Shown: piece after piece, positions 55,422 through 64,000 of the stretch
How positions within the stretch are numbered: position 1 is the first letter of the stretch
How the letters are laid out: each line of letters opens with the position of its first letter
From: Mytilus trossulus
Lineage: Eukaryota
Assembly (NCBI RefSeq): GCF_036588685.1
Contig: NC_086375.1
Location: forward strand, 14,260,001-14,324,000
Reading direction: 5' to 3'
DNA: 64,000 nt
Program-made: the position numbers and the translations under genes
The notes under the pieces: model-generated
The model's input: the letters and a program-made list of their open reading frames with translations, nothing else
What the model was told of the DNA's origin: nothing
The model's database searches: none

Positions 55422-58400
55422 ATGGCTTCAGCTGTGGCTGTAAAGGAAGAACCGGCTGAAACTTTGGATTTTGAAAACAGGTTAAATTATGCCTAAAATC
55501 TTTAAAAAAAAATCAGTTTTATATAAAGATGGCATACATTTAGTATAACAAGTTATAGACACACATCTAATATCTCAACTTCAACAAAGAACTACAATGT
55601 ATGTGAAGCAGGAACTTCATGATGAGTAGTCAGTTCTTCATCAATAGATATTGAAAGTCCTCAATCCTCAATCCGAAGGCCTATTGGCAAGAATTGTCCA
55701 AATGTGCAGTTTTTCTCATTGTTTTGTTTTTTCCTTAGCATATTTTATTCTCTTTGCTTTAAGTTAGTATGCATTGGTTAAGATTGACATTGAGGAACAG
55801 CAGTATCAAATCTGCCTGTTCTGTCAACGTTGTGTGTGACTGTTTGTAGTTCTTTTTTTGTCTCTTCTGTGCTCTCGCCATCTAGTCTCGTTAGCATAGA
55901 AGCTAAAGTCTGGGTTTTTTTAATACTTTTTGTCAAGTATTTTAACAACTGTGCCAAAAACCATAAGCACTCTTTTGGTATAATGTGATCTTTACAAATA
56001 CTTTTGTTTTAAGATAGTCTATTCCTGGTATAACTTATGTGTTTATAACTAATTTTCTGATTTTTGAAGTTGCAGGCCTTTATCAGTGTATGCACATAAA
56101 ATAGATAAAAATCTGCTATCTTCATTAATCATGATCCATAACAAAAAATATTTTCTGTTTGAATTATCTAAACGGGTATTTTTTTATATAATCAGGCATA
56201 TCTCTTCTGAGGTTATTGCAAAGAGGGCATTCCAGAAGAAAGTGCATTTAGTTTTCAATACAATTTGAACTACAATATTAACATATCCTCTCATGTTGAG
56301 GTAAAATTTCATATTTACTACATACATTGGTAATTCGTTCATGTCTGCCAGTTTCTATTCTTAAACAGTGATTGCTGTGTCTGTTTTTTGTTAACAAATG
56401 TGTAGAATCTAGATGCAACCTTGTTTAAATTAATAATCTATTCAGTTTGGGCATGACTTTAATCTACTGATAGATGGCGCAACATTGTTATCACAAATGT
56501 TGGCTCAATCTGCCAAGGGTGGAGAGGAGGGAAGTGGATCGTAACTCTTGGATAGCTAAGATGAAGGGTTATCCGATCTTGTGACATGAAGTGAATGTAC
56601 CACCGGTCGTGTTACTTCTATGATAAGATAAATCAAGCAATTAAATATCACACAATACCTGATAATAGTCATGGTAGTTGACTCTTTAATATATTTAACC
56701 CAAAATCTTCACTAAATTTGTAAACCATAGTTTATGCAAATTACCCCACAAATTTGGTTTTAACAAGGGATACACAAGTCTGTTACCAATATAAACAACA
56801 TACATTAAATAATTAACAAGCACGAAGAACAACACAAAAAATTAAATCAAGAGCAACATGATTTCTATTTTAACAAAACTTTCGGTTATTCTCTACATTG
56901 GATATGTTTTTATTCTAGTACAAAAATGTATTAACTGATTTTTATTTTTTATTTAGGATTATAGAATTATGTCAAGAACAGCCAGATGGAATCACTGATG
57001 CTATAATTATGAAAGATTTACCATTATGTACTCCACAACAGCGTGTTACTTGTATAAATAAACTATTGTCTACAGTAAGTCATTCAAGTAATAGGGCTGT
57101 GATACTGTTGTAACTTTCAATGACTGACAGACATTTTTAGCCTAAGATATATACTTCAACTTTAAATAAAAAATTAGCATATTAATTGTTAAAAAAGACT
57201 AAGACTTTTCTGTGGTTGCTGTTTAAAATCTATTAACCAGTTCAGCAGCTGATTTTATAATGTAAAATGTCACATAATGAGTTATCATTTCAATTTTTGT
57301 TTCTTTATCATTTTATGAAATAAAATTGAGAATGGAAGCATTTATAATTTTATTATATTGAGAATCAAAATGGGGAATGTGTCGAGGAGACAACAACCTA
57401 CCCGTAACCAGAGAGCAAAAACCAACACAAGGTCACCAATGGATATAGTCAGCTAGAAAATAAACCCTAGACATGGAAAATATAAAACATTCCTTTGTGG
57501 AAACTTGGCCCTTATTTATAACAAGACAATTTATGAAAAACAAAAATGACAGACATGAAGTCACGACATATATATTGCAACCACTAAACTGCAGACATCT
57601 GACTTGGGACAGTAAAAGTTATTTTTACATAATCTGCCTAAACAATCAGATATCAGATAAATTTATATATTTGCAAGGTGTTGGCTATCTGTACAAAATA
57701 AAAGAATTTCATCATATTTTTGCAGGGTAAAATAGATTTACTGAGAAGTGGGAACAAATTGATCTACAAACTGAAAGATGCTGATTCTGCAAGGTATGGT
57801 ACTAATAGAAAAATGTTATTAATAGATTTTCTCCTGTTAGTCCAGTCAAACTATGGTTTACAATTATACACAGAAAATTTTTCCATAAAATCTGACTTGA
57901 GGGAAACTCAAAATCAGAAATTTTTATTTCCTATGGAATTTAACATTGGAAAGGGAAGATGAGTCTTTTTTTTGTCAGTTTTTGGTTTGATTTTCTCAAA
58001 ATTCATGAAAAGTAAGATACTTTATGGGTAATAAGTTCTTTTTCAACTAAATTATATCATCTTCTGCTTATGAAATGTACAAAACCGCAGTATTATGGGT
58101 ATTTTTACTCTTTTTGCACATTTTTCATTGAAGAAATTACAAATTTGTGGCTTTGTGACCATTTTGAAAAAGTAATGTGAAAATTATAGAATTGCTTATA
58201 TCTGTAATTAATATTTGTTCACGCTACTGGTGTTACTTTGGTGAAGTCACGGACAAGACACATTCATCTTGATAATTTTTTAACATGAAAAAATAATATT
58301 ATAAAGTGTTGTATATCATTTCAAAGCTTTTAAACTCTTCTATCAGATTATTGCAATTTTGTATATGTAACAGACCATTTTCATTTATTTAAACTCAATA

Positions 58401-61400
58401 AAACCTTTATTTTGCAATATGATTTCCTTGTCCCGCGTTACACTTTTAGTTTTGTGAAATTTTGAATACCGTAAAAAACATATATTTTTTTTAACCAACC
58501 GACATAAAAAGTTGTCTAGAACAAGCAATTTATAAGTGGGCGATGACGTAATGTCGATTTTTCTCTCTCGAAAAGACGGAAATATAAGAAAAGGGATCAA
58601 GATGATACAAATTATGTGTCCCATGCACGAAAAGTTGCTTCAATTTTTAGCTCACCTGGCCCGAAGGGCCATGTGAGCTTTTCCCATCACTTTGCGTCCG
58701 GCGTCGTCTGTCGTCCGTCGTCGTTGTTAACTTTTACAAAAATCTTCTCCTCTGAAACTACTGGGCCAAATTGTACCAAACTTGGCCACAATCATCATTG
58801 GGGTATTTAGTTTAAAAAATGTGTGGCGTGACCCGGTCAACCAACCAAGATGGCCGCCACGGCTAAAAATAGAACATAGGGGTAAAATGCAATTTTTGGC
58901 TTATAACTCAAAAACCAAAGCATTTAGAGGAAATCTGACAAGGGGTAAAAATGTTTATCAGGTCAAGATCTATCTGCTCTAAAATTTTCAGATGAATCGG
59001 TCAACTTGTTGTTGGGTTGCTGCCCCTGAATTGGTAATTTTGAGGAAATTTTGCTGTTTTTGGTTATTATCTTGAATATTATTATAGATAGAGATAAACT
59101 GTAAACAGCAATAATGTTCAGCAAAGTTAGATTTACAAATAAATCAACATGACCAAAATGGTCAGTTGACCCGTTAAGGAGTTATTGTCCTTTATAGTCA
59201 ATTTTTAACCATTTTTCGTAAATCTTAGTTAACTTTTACAAAAATCTTCTCCTCTGAAACTACTGGGCCAAATTAATCCAAACTTGGCCACAATCATCTT
59301 TGGGGTATCTTGTTTAAAAAATGTGTGGCGTGACCCGGTCAACCAACCATGATGGCCGCCACCGCTAAAAATAGAACATGGGGGTAAAATGCAGTTTTTG
59401 GCTTATAACTCCAAAACCAAAGCAATTAGAGCAAATCTGACATAGGGTTTATTTATTTTCAGGTCAAAATCTATCTGCCCTGAAATTTTCAGACGAATCG
59501 GACAACCGGTTGTTGGGTTGCTGCCCCTGAATTTGTAATTTTGAGGAAATTTTGCTGTTTTTGGTTATTATCTTGAATATTATTATAGATAGAGATAAAC
59601 TGTAAATAGCAATTATGTTCAGCAAAGTAAGATTTACAAATAATTCAACATGACCGAAATGGTCAGTTGACCCCTTTAGGAGTTATTGCCCTTTATAGTC
59701 AATTTTTAACCATTTTTCGTAAATCTTAGTTATCTTTTACATAAATCTTCTCCTACTGGCCCAAATTCAATCAAACTTGGCCACAATTATTATTAGGGTA
59801 TCTAGTTTTAAAAATGTGTCTGGTGACCCGGTCCATCAACCAAGATGGCCGCCACAGCCAAAAGTAGAACATAGGGGTAAAATACAGTTTTTGGCTTATA
59901 ACTCAAAAATCAAAGCATTTAGAGCTAATTTGACATGGGGGTTTAATTATTTATTAGATCAAGATCTATCTGCCCTGTAATTTTTAGATGAATGTGACAA
60001 CCCATTGTTGGGTTGCTGCCCCTGAATCGGTAATTTTAAGGAAATTTTGCTGTTTTTGGTTATTATCTTGAATATTATTATAGATAGAGATAAACTGTAA
60101 ACAGCAATTATGTTCAGCAAAGTAAGATTTACAAATAAGTCAACATGACCGAAATGGTCAATTGACCCCCTAAGGAGTTATTGTACTTTATAGTCAATTT
60201 TTAACAATTTTCATAAAATTTGTAAATTTTTATTAACATTTTCCACTGAAACTACTGGGAAAAGTTCATTATAGATAGAGATAAATGTAAGCAGCAAGAC
60301 GGTTTAGTAAAGTAAAATTTACAAACACATCACCATCACCAAAACACAATTTTGTCATGAATCCATCTGCTTCCTTTGTTTAATATTCACATAGACCAAG
60401 GTGAGCGACACAGGCTCTTTAGAGCCTCTAGTAAGAGTCTAGTTTTTAAATTGTCCCAAAAAGGGAATTCCATAGCAATCCCCATGTCGAAAGTGAATAA
60501 TTCTTATACTAGTATTTTGTACAAAGATTGCACTTTCGCCTCATGCATTAATCAGGAAATTTTAAAACAAATTCTTTTTATTCGATTTGATTAGCAATGT
60601 CCGACATTTTGTCCCCTTCAAACCAAATTAAACGTAGGGTTACGTTGTCTGTGTTTTCATGATGTTTATTTAAAACAGTGCCATTCGCTACATAAAAAAA
60701 AATATAATGGGTAAAAGTACAAAAAATTATCTCTATTTTGATATTAAATTCCCATCAATTAAATCTAATATACAAGATATCAGATTAAACTAAAATGTCC
60801 GATACAATGTCCCCACACACGATTTTGACGTTATTTAATAAAATGTGCTTTTAACGTTCCATCTAATTGTAATGATTGCGGTTTTTACAGACGATTTGGA
60901 ATACGGCTACTTTATTTTGTTTAAGAAGTTGTCTACTATTCAATCTTTAAACCACAAAACCAAAAAATACATGCTTAATTGTTTTATTAAATTTGAGATT
61001 CTTTACCTTGACATGTTGAAAAATTAGATAGATGGTCAACTAATGAATTACCAAATCTAGGTTGAAGCGTGATCAAAGATATGAAAACACATTTACAGTT
61101 GATTGTTATACTGAAAAGATGTCAAGAATCAATACATTCTGCTGAATAGAAGTGGTAAAGTTTTAATTTTGTATCAATTTTTATTGATATTTCTGCCTTT
61201 TTTGCAGAGTTATCTCCCTTTTCAATGCAAATCTCCATTTGAATTTAAAAATTGTTACTTTTAAGTCTTCCTTAAGTAATATTTTGTTTAATTCATATTA
61301 TATAATTTTGAATTTTATAATTTAGGCCTAAATCATAAATATGAAAAATCCTTGTATATTGTATAAACACATTTTGACTTATTTATTGTAGCCAAGCTAA

Positions 61401-63906
61401 AGGAGGAGATCACCAAGAGAAAGTAGTATATCAAATCATTAAAGAAGCTAACAATAAAGGTACAGAATGTTATTTTATTTAAATATACACTTTATATGGG
61501 CATACATAATATTCATACTATTTGCATATTTAGACACCATATATTTTAATTTGATACAAGCACTTTTTAAAAAATTAGTAGTAATTCCAACATGACCTCC
61601 TTCAAACACTTTAAGTACACACCCGTTGTAAAATATGAATATATTGCCTAGGCTGTTCTGATTGTACTCCCACGTCATATGCATTTTTTATGAATAAGCT
61701 TACCGACATCATAGAACGATGACGTTAGAATATAGACATTTTACGGGAAAATGCACGCTTGTGAAACCGAAAAATCATCACAACAAGGAAATGTAAACAA
61801 ATGATGCTAAAATGTAGAATAAGGCACTTTTTTTCAATTCATATAAGACATATATAAGTAAATTCTCATTTAAATTCATCCAAAACTATCTGAATACATT
61901 ATTGTAAATAGTTTTAGCATGTCACTAATTCAGTTTGCTCTGTTCATTTACGCCAATTTTTTATTAGTGCGTTTATTTATGGGAACGGCAAATATTTGCC
62001 TCACATAGAGCATTTGGATCCAAAAGAATTGCCGTAGTTGTCCTATTAGAATTGAAATAATTCATGGGGCTTGAATATATCAGGATTTTACCATGAGTTG
62101 TCTCTTTATGCCAATATTTTACCCCTCACTATCGCTTAGGATAAAATATTTGTTATAAAGGGCCAATCCGTGGTAAAATCATGATATATTCAAGCCCCCA
62201 TGAATTATTACTTAATTTTTGTGACAGTGTCAATTTCTTGATACATCATTTCACTCTTGGGTCTTGACAAAAAAATCATTTAATGTTTTTAATTAAGGAA
62301 AATCATGTTGTTGAATTGATAAAGATCATGCAAAAGTATTGTGACCCATCCAGACCATCATTAAGTAAGCCTGTCTAAGTGCTACTTTATATCATTCTAA
62401 TGTTTTAGGGATCTGGATAAGAGATATTAGATATAAATTTAACTTATTACTGACTCAAGTCAATGATCACTAACTATATATCATTCATTTGTTTTAGGGA
62501 TCTGGATAAGAGATATAAGATATAAATCCAACTTATTACTGACTCAAGTCAACAAGATATTGAAGAATTTGGAAAGTAAAAAATTAATAAAAGCAGTTAA
62601 ATCTGTAGCGGTAAGTATATATTTTGTCAATTAGGTTCGGTTACATTCTATGTTTAATGTCACATAGCAAAATATTTGAGAGTAAAAGCATCTTCCTATT
62701 CCCAAGAAAGGGATGAACATTTTTATGCCCCACCTACGATAGTAGAGGGGCATTATGTTTTCTGGTCTGTGGCTCTGTTCGTTCGTCTGTGGTTCCGTTT
62801 GTCTTTCTGTGTGTCTGTTTGTTCAGATTAAAGTTTTTGGTCAAGGTAGTTTTTGATGAAGCTTAGTACACTTGTTGCTTATGCTATGATCTTTCTAATT
62901 TTAAAGCCAAATTAGACTTTTGACTTCAATTTCACGGTCCACTGAACATAGAAAATATAAGTGGAAGTTTTAGGTTAAAGTTTTTGGTCAAGGTAGTTTT
63001 TGATGAAATTGAAGTCCAATCAACTTGAAACTTAGTACATATGTTCCCTATAGTATAATCTTTCTAATTTTAATGCCAAATTAGATTACTGTGGATTCAT
63101 TAATATTCGTTGGATACCAATTTTTGTGGATTTCGTGGGTACAGGGAAACAACGAATTATAATGTTCAACGAAGTGCAAATTTTCTAAAGGAATGCATGT
63201 GAACTTCTTTAGAACCACGAATTTAAATATCCACGAATATGCAAGTTTTCTTCTATCAACGAAAATTGGTACCCACGAAAATAAATGAATCCACAGTATT
63301 ACCCAATTTCACCGTCCATGGAACATGCAAAAGGATAGTGTAAGTGGGGCATCCGTGTACTTTGGACACATTCTTGTTATTGAGAAATTAGAATTTATTT
63401 GGTATTGATTTTATTAGAAAAAGATCTGAATACCTAAGTGTGTGCAGTTAAAAACATTTTTTTAGCTAGATTTCCAATTTTGAATAACTTTTTAGACCAA
63501 ACCTAAAAATAAAACTAAAACATCTTTTCACAAAAATATTTTATAGGTTTAACTTTATTTCATTCAATTTTGTTGTTTAAGTCATGCACTACCCTCAATT
63601 AATAATTATTCTGATACAGAAATTTTGTAAGACACAAAATAAATAGATTTTAGTCTGTCTTTGTGTTATTCAATCAAATGGTCTTGTGAGAAATCAATAT
63701 TCACCAGTGATTTGAATTTTAGTATAACTTCCTTATATAATGTCTATGGTATACTTATTCAGGCATCGAAGAAGAAGGTGTACATGTTATATGACTTAGA
63801 ACCAGCCCAGTCTGTCACTGGAGGAGCTTGGTATAGTGATCAAGATTTTGAATCAGAATTTGTAGAAGTATTGAATCAACAATGCTTTAAATTTTTAGAG
63901 CAAAAG
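55422..63906 (+). CDS. POLR3F: RNA polymerase III subunit RPC6 (C39/C34), first 6 exons (190 codons); gene continues beyond the window
   Basis: Exons 55422-55480, 56957-57074, 57726-57793, 61392-61459, 62498-62610 and 63763-63906 are phase-consistent. Motifs EKVVYQIIKEANNKGIWIRDIRYKSNL, LESKKLIKAVKSVAASKKKVYMLY and VTGGAWYSDQDFESEFVEVLNQQC. Confidence 0.95.
58644..60432 (+). mobile_element. Helentron/HINE-type element with three ~502-bp internal tandem units
   Basis: Starts tttttagctcacctggcccgaagggcc...gtgagct, then (CGT)n. Units begin at ~58729, 59231 and 59733. Ends ggtgagcgacacaggctctttagagcct (subterminal repeat plus hairpin). Confidence 0.85.
62059..62207. repeat. Palindromic MITE
   Basis: taattcatggggcttgaatatatca ... 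tgatatattcaagcccccatgaatta. Confidence 0.7.
62720..63378 (+). mobile_element. HINE-type element interrupted by a TA-flanked MITE
   Basis: Starts tttttatgcccc...ggggcat, has a GTTC/GTCT microsatellite and ends ggggcatccgtgtactttggacacattcttgtt. Confidence 0.75.
63087..63298. mobile_element. MITE with TA ends (Tc1/mariner-like)
   Basis: TIRs TACTGTGGATTCATT / AATGAATCCACAGTA; inward-facing ttcgtgg/ccacgaa motifs. Confidence 0.8.
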
Positions 63907-64000
63907 GTATATATATATACTAGATTAAAACCAAATAGAACTCACAATAAGTAATATTAAAAAAATAAATCTCCAAGATATATAAATATTATTTAGAAAT

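Noticed and set aside
56470-56640. GC-richer patch in POLR3F intron 1 as a snoRNA, LTR or CTCF site
   Set aside because: No paired C/D or H/ACA boxes, no TSD, and only a partial CTCF-like match (tagatggcgc).
58616-59980. Repeated ORFs (MATIII...PRWPP...)
   Set aside because: They are translations of the ~502-bp tandem units of a non-coding HINE element.

Overview
AT-rich, intron-containing eukaryotic (metazoan) genomic DNA. The repeat families look like those of a bivalve mollusc, probably a Mytilus-like mussel (inferred from recalled repeat sequences, not proven). Genes I could reconstruct by hand from GT-AG junctions and reading phase: (1) an exon with two tandem PARP-type zinc fingers, whose gene runs off the left edge; (2) an unidentified coding-like exon at 5.2-5.5 kb; (3) two diverged single-exon PGAP4/TMEM246 paralogues pointing away from each other; (4) a 3-exon ankyrin-repeat gene; (5) a small 3-exon gene for a jelly-roll/galactose-binding-like protein whose ATG is split by an intron; (6) a complete 12-exon KAT5/Tip60; (7) the first 6 exons of POLR3F (RPC6), head-to-head with KAT5. 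The rest is dense with mobile DNA: Helentron/HINE-type elements with internal tandem arrays, a 4.5-kb TTAA-flanked Kolobok-like element carrying a decayed KolX/P2X7-ballast-like ORF and a nested MULE, elements with 5-bp TSDs, PIF/Harbinger MITEs and retroelement fragments. Most entries in the ORF track are spurious. No new multi-gene system can be established from sequence alone. The best leads are the recently duplicated zf-PARP protein, the open in-frame first intron of KAT5, the orphan jelly-roll gene, the KolX relic and the PGAP4 pair.
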